Origin: Camelus ferus
Lineage: Eukaryota
Assembly: GCF_009834535.1 (NCBI RefSeq)
Contig: NC_045697.1
Location: 48,548,001-48,612,000, forward strand
DNA length: 64,000 bases
Direction: 5' to 3'
A program made the position numbers and the translations under genes. Position 1 is the stretch's first letter; every line of letters starts with the position of its first letter. Shown here piece by piece: positions 11,961-25,199 of the stretch. The notes under the pieces were generated by a model that had not been told where the DNA came from, did not search any database, and saw only the letters and a program-made list of their open reading frames with translations.

Positions 11961-14900
11961 CATGGCAGCCGGAGATCACAACCACTTAGAGGTTGCTGTT
12001 ATCTTGTGGAGCCATTGGCCGTCCTTACTAAGGAATTACTTTAGAGGAGTAATTTATGTCCCATATTTTAAAAGTTTATATACTTTTTTACAGGACCACA
12101 TGAAGCAGAACACAAAAGAGGCACTGTGGCAACCACCTGGCACTTCATTCCCAGACTCTCACTAGCTCATTCCGATCTTCTTTTAAGATGAGCAGTGTAT
12201 TACCACATAGCCCCAAAGTTGTGTCCGTTTCAACATGGCTTTCTTTTTCCCAAGTGAATACCACCCTTCTAAGAAGCTCATAAAAGTCTTGGCGTATTCA
12301 TGTGTTGTGCTGCTCCCAGCCAACATTAAAGAATCCTGACAAGAAGTTTTTAGCTGAAACAAATACTTCAATATTCTGTTCGAGAACAATGCTTAAAATC
12401 ATTTAAAGTTTAAAAGTAATTAAGTGTGACCTTTCACCAACACACTTTTGAGGAAGGTCTTCATGAAGTTGGTGGTGCCATTTTTAATTTAATATTTAAA
12501 TATAAATGTTGTAAATGATAGGCTTGGGGAAAAAACTCCCTGTAATTAATACAAAAAATAAAGCGGCATGGAATCGTGTCATAAGCATTGACTGCAAGTT
12601 GGTTAAAGAGTAATATTTCCGGCTCTGCCACTTGTGAGCTGAATGACTTTGGGGCAGGTGACTTCTAAGTCTCTTTCTTTCACTGAAATGTCCAGATGAT
12701 ATCTAGATCATCGGTTTGTGATAGTTTCAACAGAGATGATAGGAAACACCTGGTATGTTGTCTTGCCACTTCAGGTAATTTCACAGCAAACAATATTTCA
12801 AATGTTTTTCTCTATCAGTTCCATGTCAATGCTGCTAGCCACTTAAGGGCACCTAAGAAACACATGTAGATTTCATATATAAACTTTTAACTACTTATTC
12901 CTCTGATGAACCCCGTATTCTCACTTCCACAAGACAACTATGAATAACCACTTCTCATGCTATTATTTCTAGAACTTTCACCATGAAACTTGTTGGCAGC
13001 TCTCTGGAAGGCAGTAAGTAATGAAAGTGACAATGCTGAGAGCAGCCCACTAATTTCCACCCAGAATAGCTTCAGGGACCATTGCTATACATATAATTTC
13101 AAATAATTAGGAAAAAATACACCCAGGGGAAGCCCTGAATACAGCCTCAAAGAGACCTGTACCATCCACTGCCACTGCCTTGCCCAGTCAGTCTGCAGTC
13201 TTTTCTGATGGGCAGGAGTGAAGTGTATTACACTTGGTCAACTCCAGTTGGTATGGCCTGAGCCACCCGGGGGTGAGAAAATTGGGCTGAGACAAGAAAT
13301 AGGTGAAATGAAAATTCAAATCTTCAGCCCACTGCACGTGTGTTCCCTTCTCAGCCTCCAAAGCTCCCTGCCATCAGGTGCTCGACCATCAGATAACGGT
13401 AAGTCAGACTTCCTGGGGGAAACTGAGCAGTGCATTAAATTCTGTGTTCCGTAACGTCCTTCGAGGATGTTCTGCACAGTAATTTTTACTGCCTGAGTCC
13501 TACATCAGGCAGAAACCTGGGCCTGGTACTGCCGAGTTATTTTTGAAGCATTTATTGAGGAACTCCTTTGTGCCGGGCACTATTCTATGCTGTATTTAAG
13601 ATAAGAAAGGAGGCATGAAAACTATCATGGTACAATAAGACATCTGCTTATTACCGGAGCCTAAGATGGGGGGACTTCAGAAAACGAGTCCCCCGCCACT
13701 CTGCCTGGGCGAGGGGGAAGCTAAGACGCCTGGGGAGTCTTGCAGGACAAGTAGGTGTAGAGGGTAGGCAGAGGCCAGAGAAAGGCATTTTTGTGATGTG
13801 CAAAGACAGAGGAGGGACGTGCACAGGACCCTGCAGAGGCTCACAGGAAGGAAAGGCATCCAGTCATGAAGAGCGTGCCACCCTAGGGAGGCAAGCCTGC
13901 ATCCCAGACAGCAGAGCATGGAAAGGGATCTTTGCAGAAATAAATTAGGACTCAGCCTCTCCAATACCTTTTTCCTTTGGAAAACCTTTTACACTAATCC
14001 AAGGGCCCTTTATGTCTCCAGTCGTAACGGAATGCTTTTGAAGAGCTGGGTTAAAGCCCTCGGATTTTTAACTCACAGTCAAAAACGGCTGAAGCGTCAG
14101 AAGTGAATTTCTAACTAATCCTCTGGCTCAGAGTGGTAGGGAGAAGTCTCATTTCCAAGTTGCTGTTTGTGGTGGCTCTTCTGTTGTATTTATTCAGCTG
14201 TGGTGCACTCTGAGCTTTACGAACCATGAAGTTGGTAGAGTTTGGCTTTCTCATATTGATTGGATCTCGGGTGGATTTCTTTAATTTCTCAAGAAAAATG
14301 AGCGTGTATACGTTATTAATTCCCTTGACGCCTAAAATCAAAAGATTTATTCTACTTGTTCGGGGATCTGAAATACGATTCAGAGATCACAGTTATCTCT
14401 CAAAGAAAAATTTCCTTAACGAAATTAGGCTTTTGAGCCAGTTAGGCTTGAACATCCCTGATACTTACTTTTGTAATCTCTGAGATGCTAAAATGCCACT
14501 TCTTTTACAAAAGTTGGTTCGACAAAGCCAATCCTCAGTGCATTCAGTTTAGAAAACTAGCGGAAGAAATGGTCTAAAGGGTTTAACATTGCCTTCTGTG
14601 GGCCCACTCGTTCCCCCACCCACCACCACGACCAAATCAGAATTAGGATTCAATTACAATAACAGGGCGATGTTTCCAAAAGTCTCAGATCCTCAAGATA
14701 AATTGTAACATTAATATAACTGCATATCAAACTATTGTACTGTTGACCAAGACTTCCATTCCAACTGGCTCCTGTTGGCCTGAAAACCTAGAAACAAATC
14801 CAGCATCTCCCTTTGCTGGGTAGTCTTTTCTCCAAGGCAAGGGAGGCTTTTTAAGCCAAACATAACATGTGGAAGAAAGACTGTTCCACATGTGCACATG

Positions 14901-15045
14901 CAGCTTCCAATGCCACATTCCTCAGTAAAAATGCCCCAGCAGAATGGCGTCTCAGTGGAATAATCTGAGAAGGGCTGGATGGTCCGTGACCATGTAAAAT
15001 GCTAGGGATGTTTTGAGAGGACAAGGAAGATACGATACCCCAGTA

Positions 15046-15230
15046 CAGCTGACCCTTGAACAACGCAGGGGTTAATCCTCGTATAATTTATAGTCGGCCC
15101 TCCGCATCAGTGGTTTCTCTGCATCCTCGGATAACCACAGATGTGCAGCGTGGTAGTATTTACTATTGAAAAATACCCACCTCTAAGTGGACCTGTACAG
15201 TCGAAACCCGTGTTGTTCAAGGGTCAACTG
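15046..15230. mobile_element. TcMar-Tigger non-autonomous element (MITE, Tigger2-like)
   Basis: Terminal inverted repeats cagctgacccttgaacaac / gttgttcaagggtcaactg (18 of 19 match) flanked by TA duplications at 15044-45 and 15231-32. Confidence 0.92.
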
Positions 15231-18200
15231 TACTTATTATTACTCTTATGCTCGAGGTATCTTGAATCTCATGAAACTGCCATTTTCATAGTTCAGAAAC
15301 AGCTGAAACCAACTATTTCATATGGCTGAATCCACCACTAGGAAATTCTGCAGAATTAACGGTTATGGCCACATTTTTCTGCTGATGATCTAACTGGTTT
15401 TCTGCTTCTTGTGAACATTATATTATGAAAAAATAGACTTTGGGGAAGAAAGGTATCAAAACTCATACAAAAACAACCACAGAAATTTTCCCAATAAAAA
15501 TCTTCCAACAATCAGAAAGAAGCTAACTCAACCTCCTCAGAAGGTATTTTGTTCACTCAACATCTAATTTTTTTTTTTTCCCAAGACTCTCTAATTGTCA
15601 CAAACAGTTCCTGGAAAACACGTTTTCCTACAGGCAGGAAGAAGAGAGGCAAAGATGGGGAGTGCGGGCTTCCTGCTGGACAGGGAAGGGTCAGTGAGGA
15701 ATGTAAGTCTCCACTGAACTCCACAGCCTCGGTTTCCTCATCTCAAAGGTAGGCCCTGGATGAGGTGACCTCTAAAGTCCCTCCTGGCTCGAGCAATAAC
15801 AGTTTGTTGGAATTTGATAGCAGAACTTCTTCTACCTACATTCACTTGCATTTTACATTGTCCTACTGCCAAACTCATAAATAATTTCACAGCCTGTAAG
15901 GAACAGCCATTAACTGTCATTGGACCTTAACCAAAAAGAAAAACCATCCAACTCCCATTCACTAAATATAGCACATCTTTTTGCAGAGGGATATTTGCAT
16001 TGGGTACCACACACTCAAGAATCCCTCCTGCTCTGTCTGCTGTGGGTCCTTGTCACACTGCATTTTGACTTCAGTTCTACTTCTCCCAGTTTGATCAAAC
16101 CTGTTTAGAAATATCCTGCTAAGGAAACAATTTAAAAGTTTTAATGCTGCCCGCAAACAATCTAGATGCTTTCATATCAGAGTTCAAGTTATTGCTTCTG
16201 TTTTAAGAACCAGCAAGCATATTTTCCGCAAAAAGTGCTTTAATTGCTCAAATGTTAAAGCATTCTAAAAGGTATACCGAAGCCAAACCAAACACAAAAC
16301 TTTAATGATTTCTTTATTCAAATATAAGAAAAATAAATGAACTATTTCCAGTGGAAGTCGGATTGCAAATTGGCAGACTTGGCCCACGAACATGTGTCTG
16401 TGGCCCACATGGTATTTTTAAAATATTTGATTTAGCTGCCAACATTTTCAGAAGGGGAAATTTCACTTCAAACTCTATATGTCCGTCTTCTCTTGAAAAA
16501 CTAAAAATTGGCACCACTAGCGCCCTCATTTCAACAGCCAGAGTCGAGATGTCACGTGCTTTCCCATTTACAGCAGTTTAACTGAAGAATCTGAGCCTTG
16601 TCCCTTTTTGTACTTTTTTCCCCTGAAATAAATGAGCCAAATAATGAAGTTCACCTCAGTCAAAGATGGTCTGATGTACTTCTCTGCCTTATTGTCTTAC
16701 CGTGGCCTAGATAATTTATTCCAGATCTAAGCTGAGGCCTATCAAAGATTGCTAATAAACCATCGCTCATTAACTATTTTAAAGAGAACACGTAAGGCAG
16801 ACTTCTATTTCTTATTAATGTTATGGTTCCATCAAGTTTAGAATTTTTCTAACTAATCAAGTGTAAGATGCTTAATGGAGAGCTAGATTATGTGAATTTA
16901 TTTTCTTTTTCAAAATGTGTCACTGCTAGATTTAAATTTAGTCTAAAATAAAAGCTTTCCAAAAATCTGTCGATATTAAAAAAAAAAAAAACCTGCTACC
17001 CATACTAATCTTGTGCCCTCCTTACTGAAAATAGTTGCTATATTTTCCTAATCAGGTCACGGTCATTTTAAAGGCCTTAATAGTTTCTTGTCTCTATCCT
17101 GCATGGAAAGGACAGAGCAACTGACTTAACAAAACATTTCCCTGAATCTTCTTGCACTACCATGGATTCAAATATCTCTTGTTAAGTGGAGATAAGAAGG
17201 CTTCTTCCATGAGAGGATTATTTGCAAAAATGGCATAAATCTTGAGTCGTGGTAACACTTATATGTAGGGTGTTAACCAAGTATTCACGATATCCACAAA
17301 CCATGGAATAAAAGCAAACTGGACTAAGCCACAATGCAGATGGTGAGATTACACATAGCTCTTCCCTCTCCCCCAGGAATATGGTTAGCAAAAGACCAAA
17401 GGAACACAAAGGGCAGACTCTACTGGACACTTGACCATAGAAGAGGAACAGCATTGTGCTGCAGCTCCAGGCTTGCAGTTGTTCAGAATGCTGCTGAAAT
17501 GTTTAATAGCCCCTTTTCTAATGCATATTATCTTTATCCATCAATAGGACAGCTGAGCCAAAGCCTGGGAGAATTTCTGATGATACAAGATCCTTTTACC
17601 ATCACAAATTCATTCCTCTTAAATCCTAAGATCCTAAGTATAGGGCTCCAAATTTAGAATGCACATATTCTGCACTCTATCATAAGGAAGAAAATCATTA
17701 TTACCCGCTAAATTAAACTACAAAAGCACAGCAACAATGCTTGCTTTCTGTTGGGAAGGAAAAATGCGCTTCTAAATATCACTGATGCAAACACTATTTC
17801 CTTTGATGTGTCCACATGACCAAAACAGGCTTGCCACAAGGGTTTCTCTTATAAACAGAAATACAAAAAACCAAACAGGCATTTCCTATAATACTCTCCA
17901 CCCAAAACAGGCATAAATTCTCAGCTCCAAAGATAAAAATTTCATAAATGACTTCTTTATACTGTGAATTAGAAAAACATTTCCCTCCAACAAGAGTATC
18001 TACAAAACTGCAAGGAGATTTAGAAGTAACATATCTGCTCTAAAAAGAGAACATAAGAATCTGCCATTTTAAAAAGTAGGTAGGAGCAACTTAGTGCTGC
18101 CAGTTTTAACTCCGCCAATCAGTCGGTGTGACTGAAAGCACTGGATTCAGTGTGAGCTCAAACCAAGCTACCACCCCCTGATACCAAGTGTCGTGAGGAG

Positions 18201-18624
18201 ACTGGGCTTTAAAAAATAAGATCTTTAGCTTGCTTTCCACCTTTTTACAGATCCTATGATTCTACATAGCACTGCTGGCATTCAACTAAGCTCAGTGATA
18301 AACACTGCATATGAATGATGTTTAAATGTTAAAATTACCCATGAAGTCAAAGTTCACTATAAGTTCAGGTAAGTGAGGCCTGGTCCAGTGACTCTTCCAT
18401 CTCTGGGCTCACGCTTGGCTTCTTCTGATGATGGTGGTAATGAAATATTTCAAGCATACAGAATAGGACACATCTATATACTCATTACCTATCTTTGTCA
18501 AGCCATAACTTTTCCTATTCATCTTTGTTTTTTTTTTTTAAATCACAAATATACCTGAAGATCCCCAAGTACCTCTCCCTGAAAACATTTCCCTCCTTCC
18601 CCCAGATCACCAACTTAGCTCTAA

Positions 18625-18812
18625 AAATGAGATCAGATTGGGCCTGGAATTTACTTCAAAATAATTTGGGGGGTTGTGGGATGGGAGAGAAAAGGTTAGA
18701 TACAAGGGGAAATAGATGACGTAGACTAACCTGGGTGACGGGATGGAAGGGTTCATTACAACCTTCCCCTACTTTTGTGTATGTCTGAGATGTTCCTTAA
18801 TAAAAAAGTTTT
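18625..18812 (+). mobile_element. Old L1 (L1MC/ME) 3' end
   Basis: ggaatttacttcaaaataat...gggttcattac...ctacttttgtgtatgtctgagatgttccttaataaaaaagttt. Confidence 0.65.
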
Positions 18813-18815
18813 CCA

Positions 18816-18947
18816 GAGGGGAGGGTATAGGTCAGTGGTAGAGTGCATACCTAGCATGCAAGAGGTCCTGGGCTCAATCCCTAGCACCTCCATTAAAAAT
18901 AAATAAATAAACCGAATTACCTCTCCCCCTCCAAAAAAAAATTTTTA
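18816..18947 (+). mobile_element. tRNA-Ala-derived camelid-type SINE with TSD
   Basis: ggggagggtataggtcagtggtagag...gcacctcca plus tail; TSD aaaaaagttttc(c/t)a at 18802-18815 and 18948-18961. Confidence 0.92.
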
Positions 18948-19014
18948 AAAAAAGTTTTCTAAAAAATGAGAGCAATAACAGATTATAAATACTTCAAGAC
19001 TATACTCCTAAAGC

Positions 19015-19230
19015 TTCAGTATTCAATGATAGCCACCAGCCACATGTAGCTATTTAATCTTAAATGCAAATTAAATATAATTAAACAAGATAAAATATTT
19101 AATTCTATAGCTGTACAGCCACATTTCAAGTGTTCAAAAGCCACGTACAGCTAGTGGCTTCCATACTGAACAATGCAGTGGCAGGACATTTTCCTCATCA
19201 CACAGCGTTCTATCTGACAATGCTGTTCTG
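19015..19230. mobile_element. hAT-Charlie MITE (MER3/MER33-like)
   Basis: tagccaccagccacatgtagctattta...gccacatttcaagtgttcaaaagccacgtacagctagtggct...ttctatctgacaatgctg. Confidence 0.75.
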
Positions 19231-22200
19231 CAGCCTAGGGTGGCAGCTCCATTTGGTAAAAAGAGGGTACAAACCATTAGACAGAAGACCTGGTCTGAAG
19301 ATCATCAAATGAATCCTGATCCATCAAATAGGGACCGAAGGGGTTGGGTCAAGAACAGTATCTAATCAAATGACCTCACAAAGTTATTGCAAAGTCAACT
19401 TCTACCCACTGAAATCTAATCACAGGAAAAATGTGTGGAATTGCACAACTTCAATTAGGACATCACTGCTGTATGTGCAGTGAGTTTTGTGGCAAAGTCA
19501 TTGTGTAAATTAGCAACAACATTTCAAATGTATATTTAAAAAAAATTCTGAAAAATGATTCCAGTTTTAGTTTAAGAAATGGAGAAATCACACATTTCAG
19601 CTTCCAATTTGTTAAACTTCTCCTCCCACTACTTATATTTTGGAATAGAAAAACAACTTTCTACTTTTTTTTTTTAACCACTTAATTTTCTCATGGTTGG
19701 GATTAAAAATTAAATCAAATTGCTGATGGAAGATTATCCAGGGATAGGTGGAAGGAATGAATGCAAAAATCCAGGCTAACTACTAAGACTGTGGTCCAAG
19801 CTTTTATCTACCTCTAGTGACAAAATGTCTTCTTCCCAGGCAGACTGAGTGAATCTTTGAGTAACCCATCCCTTTCCTGTGTGCATGTATCTCCAAGAGA
19901 GAATTCAGAAGATCTCTAAAATAACCTCACTTTCCAAACTGAGATTATTTTGCTCCCCAAATCACATTTCCCTTTATTCTGGACTAATTTAAGAGAAACC
20001 GATGAAATAGGTAAATTTTCTAGTGGCCTTTCAAATCAGGAAAAAAAAAAAAAAGCCACAAAACACTGATAACATTTACATCAGGTGTAAAAGAAGTTAA
20101 ATAATGTCAAGTGAGTTAACTCACCCAGAGACATTTGCATCTCAACCCAGGAAAAACCAGTAATTCTCAACTTTTCCCTATCCATTCATATGTGTTAGAA
20201 CACGGGAATGGGGAAGCTGGGAGGAGTGGCTGTTCTTTACAAATCCCCTCAGTCCAAAGCTATTAGGAGCAGGACTGCAAAGTCTATCTTAAAACACATT
20301 TAAATATTAGGATTTTAAAAACAATAGCTAAGCCTAGATATTTTATTTTTACCTTAAAACATATAAACATACAGTTATGCACAAATTTTTTGACAAAGGG
20401 TCAAGGTTTTTCCAACATCATGAGTTAGAGAAATTCCAATTAGAGGTGTCTCTCTAGCACAAAGCTATAGGCATCACCTACGATTTCCAGTTTCTCTCCA
20501 GTGGAGCCAGAATTATAAAATCTTTTCAATGCAACCTGAATGCAGACTGTGAGATTCTTACAATTTTTTTCCTCCTACTTTTTACCATTATCTTAATCAT
20601 ATTAACTTCACAGTTTTATTTTAGCAAAATTCTCGCTTTATCTAAATCTTTCAAAAAGCATCTAATTTAGAAGCAACTCTGTTTTTGCAGTTATAGTCTC
20701 TAAATTTATATAACATTAAATTAAAGTTATACAATTATGACAATTACAACAACTGGCATAACCAGGTCTGAAAACAAATAACTGACCTAGTAAGCATGGG
20801 TACTGGCTTACTGATCCAGCAGGCATGGTGGGTACAGAAATGCCTATGTGTCCTTGAATAGAATACTAGTCCACTAGTCAAAGTGTTTGGCATGCTGTGG
20901 GCAGCTGGTATGCTTTGAAGGAGGAATGAAGCATACAAATTAATCTGGTAGAGATTCTGAAAACAAGCCCTTAGATTCGGATACAATTTTTCAATTCCCT
21001 TTGTTGTGTCTTTTTTTTTTAATCCCTGCTTCAAACCAAAAGAAAAAATGTCTAATGGTAGCCCAGGAGGAAAGAAAGATGGGGTTATCTTTCTAGCACT
21101 CCTCAAATTACATTATAAATGAAAAGAGAGGGGAAATGGACCCTACTCTTTCCGAATTCTGAACCAAGTTCCTCATGTTCACCATCAAAGAGAAAGAAGA
21201 GAGCTAAATAGTAGTCAGGGGAGCCTGGCAAGACCCCCTCCACTGCCCCAAGTCATGGAAGTTGAGCATTATCAGAGTCTTTTTTCCTCAACTAATTTGC
21301 AGGCTTCTTGAGAGCATGAGCCAAATCTTATATTCACATATTTCCAAAACCATGGAGCACAAGGCTAGAAATATAGAAGGTCCTCAAATATACAGCTGGT
21401 TGATGATAAACCATTATGAATGAGGCTGCTAGTGGCTGAGACACAAGGTAAAAAGGAGAAACACAACCTGGTGATTCACCCCTGAATTCAAGCCTTATCC
21501 CAAGATTTTGAACCTTAGTAACAGGGAGCTTCATTTACTAGAAAAGATTTTTGGTTCTGGCTTGGTTTGGTGGGATAATGAGAAGGAATAAGATTTTGAC
21601 CTCTTCACTCATGCTTGATGCTAGCCAGGGCTCAATGTTTGTTGACTGAATGAACGGGAAATAGGAAAAGCCTTCGAAGAGTAAGAATACAGATTCTTCA
21701 AGAAAGAAGATTTGGCAATCTTTAGCAGTACCCCTAACTCCCCAATATACCTATATAAATGTTTGTTACAGAAAGTCTCTGAGAGAGTCCTCAACACCCT
21801 CAGCTCTGATTGGGTTATAATTTAGACTCAGGTTCTCTTCAGCTGTAAAAGCCACCTTTGGAAGGGCAGATAGTGAAACTGAATTAATTATCGGTCATTT
21901 CAATGGCTGAAACCTTGTCTTAATTAAATTGATTTTCAGCCTTAGAATTTTGGTTTCTGAATGAGACAAATTTGATTACCAGCAACTAAGAGACTTCTTT
22001 AGAGGGCTCAATTGTGCGTCAGGATCATCCAACTTTTCCCCAGGGGAGACGTGATTAAGAGGTTGACTAAGAATTGCAAAACGCTTTGAAAACAAAGAGG
22101 TATGTAATAGACAAATCATTCCAACCAGTGGAGGTATAGTCTTAGATTGCCCACCCACACAAAAAGTCAGACCAAATCTCAGAGTGGGAGCAAAGATGAC

Positions 22201-22934
22201 AACTTTGGGGAAAACTGGAGAATGAATCAGTCTGGCTTACGCTGTTTCCAAGGACCTATACTACAGGATCAGAAACTGTCTCTGGGCTAGGCTCCTACAA
22301 AGTGAAGGAGTGATTTAAGCAATTATCCTAAGAACTCCCAGGCAGATACATAAATTAATCTGGGCCCATAAAATTGCTCAACATTAGTTGACTAAAAGTT
22401 GTTTCCAGAACTGTTGCCTCATTTGTCCAATCTTTGTGGGCAGAGTAAGCCTCCAAATTTCTCTTTTTCAAAAAGTTTTAAGCTTTGTTTGGCCCAAGTT
22501 CACAGCCCATGTACCAAGAACACATCTTCCACCATATACTCCGTATCTAGTTCCTAGATTACAAAATACGTAATTGACTTGAAACTGATACATTAAACCA
22601 GTTACTGAACAAACTAGACACTACACACTCAGAAACATGCCCTTCCAAACTGAGAGTGTGACAGTGCCATTCTGAGGAACTAGAATTGAAAATTATAGAA
22701 AAGTTTAGGGGATGCATCCAGCCTTTTTTTTTTTTTTTTTGAGTCCAGTTTTTACAGTGGTTTGAAGTCTGTCCTCCAGTAAATAGTAAAAACCTGGTAA
22801 AAGATCAGTTTGTTCTCAACATACTTTTTTTTAATGTCCAGAGTAATTTGGTATGTTTCAAAAGCAACATTCATGCTCCCTCATCTGCATAAGGCAAAAG
22901 AAGGGCCACAAACCAGGAAACAAGGTGTCTTCAC

Positions 22935-23087
22935 CTAGGTTTTCCCAAAATGCAGGGGCCTGAGACAAGGCCTTGCATGCATGCAGCTGCTCTGAAAAGT
23001 GATCCAGAGGAACAGGCGTGGGACTGGAAATAGTTTCGCCAAGAAAGAGGAAAGCTATCCTAAAGGGTATACATATGTGTGTGTGTG

Positions 23088-23125
<38 letters not shown>

Positions 23126-23640
23126 AGAGGGAGAGAGAGGGAGAGAGAGGGAGAGAGAGGGAGAGAGAGGGAGAGAGAGGGAGAGAGAGGGAGAGAGGGA
23201 GAGAGAGGGAGAGAGGGAGAGAGAGGGAGAGGGAGAGAGGGAGAGGAGAGAGGAAGAGAGGAGAGAGAGAGAGAGGGAGAGAGAGAGAGCGAGAGCGCTA
23301 ATCATCCCTGTGGGCTGGGGTTCATGTGGACCCTCCGAGGAGCCATACTGATTGTGCCTCAGAATTGTCCAATTTAGTGATAAAAAAGAGAAATATTATC
23401 CACCAGCTACCATCTCCCAACAGTCAATAGTGGGCCCTTGGAATAAGTCCCTTGGAGATGCAGATATATACATTTGTTAGAATAGCTAAGCAGAACCCAA
23501 GCAGCTACAGCAGAGAAGCCTCGGAAAGAAAGCAGGAGAGATGAGGTCTGTGCCTGCCAGAGGTTAGCACAGCACAGCTGGAATAAACAGGTGGACTGAG
23601 AGGAGGTGGGCGGGCATGAATCTCATCCAACTGATCCAAA
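22935..23640 (-). mobile_element. ERVL-type LTR (LTR33/LTR16-like) interrupted by a GA microsatellite
   Basis: cctgagacaaggccttgcatgc...aagtgatccagaggaacagg...tgtgcctcagaattgtcc; shares motifs with the LTR at 49445-49875. Confidence 0.5.
23076..23296. repeat. (TG)7 followed by a ~200-nt pure polypurine (GA)n/(GAGAGAGAGG)n tract
   Basis: Read directly; only G and A from ~23089 to 23289. Confidence 0.97.
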
Positions 23641-23762
23641 GGACCAGTTTTCCCTCCTCCAGTCAAATGTCAGTGGGGGAGGGGTGCAGTCCCTTCCTTT
23701 AATTCTGGAAACATGGCTAAGAATGCAGGAATGTGGTCAAAGCTATCAGAACTTACTGCTTA

Positions 23763-23907
23763 CAGGAAACTCTGTTCAATATCTTGTAACAACCTTTAAT
23801 GAAAAAGAATATGAAAATGGATATATGTACGTATATGTATCACTGGGACATTGTGCTGTATGTCAGAAATTGACACATTGTAATTGACTGTACTTCAGTT
23901 AAAAAAA
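23763..23907 (+). mobile_element. Short 5'-truncated L1 3' end with 15-bp TSD
   Basis: L1 tail (caatatcttgtaacaacctttaatgaaaaagaatatg...tacttcagttAn); TSD agaac(t/a)tactgctta at 23748-23762 and 23908-23922. Confidence 0.9.
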
Positions 23908-24329
23908 AGAACATACTGCTTATGATAATAAGGGTTTTTTTTTTAAAGTGTTCACAACTATATTTGATCATTCTTCTTTCTTAAAAAAAAGTAACTTAAA
24001 GAAAAGGTGGAGGTGGCAGGGGGTGGGGACCAGAACATATGTGGGTGGCACGTAAGTGTCATAGGCATCACTGCTATAGAAATTCAAAGAGAAAAGTTAC
24101 CAAAACCTGGGCTGGCAAGTGGAGCGTTCAAGGAGGATTTGATCGGTGCCCCAAAGGTGTGCCCTGACTAGAGAAAAGGGAGGAGTGTGTATTTCGGGTG
24201 TGTGTGAGAGGGAGAGGAGGGGGCAAACGCTCCCCTCCCGCTGGGTGGGGGTGGCAGTTCTGGTGAGAGCCCAGTCTTCAGTATAAAGCCGTCACCACTT
24301 TAGTATTCGTGTCCCTTTTATCGAGGACA

Positions 24330-24545
24330 ATTATTTTCTGCATCATTGTAAGCACCTGGCGTACTAACGCATTTAACCCTGTAAACCTTCGAGGAAGATA
24401 CTGTAATTATTTGACAAATGAGGCATGTGAGGTACACAAGGCAAGTCACTCACTCAAGATCACAAATGTTCAATGGCAGAGCTGATACCTTAGAACCTCA
24501 GCAGTCTGGCTCCAGTGCCCACACCCTCAATCACAATGCTACTAC
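24330..24545 (-). mobile_element. MIR SINE
   Basis: catttaaccct...gacaaatgaggc...cactcaagatcaca...ggcagagctg...cagtctggctccagtgccc. Confidence 0.7.
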
Positions 24546-24548
24546 ATA

Positions 24549-24713
24549 CAGTCCTCCACCCCTGTCTGTGGGGACCACATCAGCAGCTGATTGAACTGGA
24601 CTGTGGAGGGCCAACTATACTAGGCCATTTTATACAAGGGACTTGAGCATCTGCAGATTTTGGTATCCACAGGGATCCTGGAACCAATCCCTGTGGATAC
24701 TGACTGACGACTG
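24549..24713 (-). mobile_element. TcMar-Tigger MER2-like element (internally deleted)
   Basis: aagggacttgagcatctgcagattttggtatccacagggatcctggaaccaatccctgtggatac...gacgactg is the reverse complement of the recalled MER2 5' end. Confidence 0.75.
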
Positions 24714-25199
24714 CACCACTACCCCTCAGCAGAGAGAAAACAAAGCATAGAAAAGAAGGGTGTCATAGACGCTTCTGCATTTAGGAACAGACGGGCTGTG
24801 CAAGGACTGATTTGGAAGCATCCTAAGGGAAATCATTCTATCAAGCAGCTCGAAGTCCTAATGGCCTCAAAACCATTTCCCAAAGAGTACAGTGCCAGAG
24901 CTGAAGCCTCCAGAGAGCAGCACGGAAGGTCTTTCAGAAGGTCACCCCCCATCCCTATCTGGTGACGATGCTATCGGATGCTCATTGTGAAAGAACAGGA
25001 ATCATCACACCCTTGCCTTCGATTCATTCTGGCTGCTTAACACACACGCACTGTCTCCCTCTCTCTTCATCCTACCATGTCCAGTTGGAATCAGAGTAGG
25101 ACAGACAGAGAAAAACCATTACACACGGGGACAATTTTATAAAATAATAAAGGCCCTTGGCTCTATAGCAGATTCCCTGACTAGGAAGGTATGGTGAAC

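Noticed and set aside
12183..12389. Possible ancient transposase-like or coding fragment
   Set aside because: No motif I could identify with confidence; it would need a tBLASTn/Dfam search.
14111..14341. 76-aa minus-strand ORF containing RKAQSAPQL
   Set aside because: No recognisable homology, non-ATG start, and it stops before the nearest donor, so it cannot join septin-11 in frame.
18816..18893. tRNA-Ala-like gene (and the six similar copies)
   Set aside because: Followed by a SINE tail and flanked by TSDs, with mutated stems, B box or anticodon; these are SINEs, not functional tRNA genes.
22999..23377. Glu/Arg-rich and Ser/Leu-rich ORFs
   Set aside because: Translations of the GA microsatellite.
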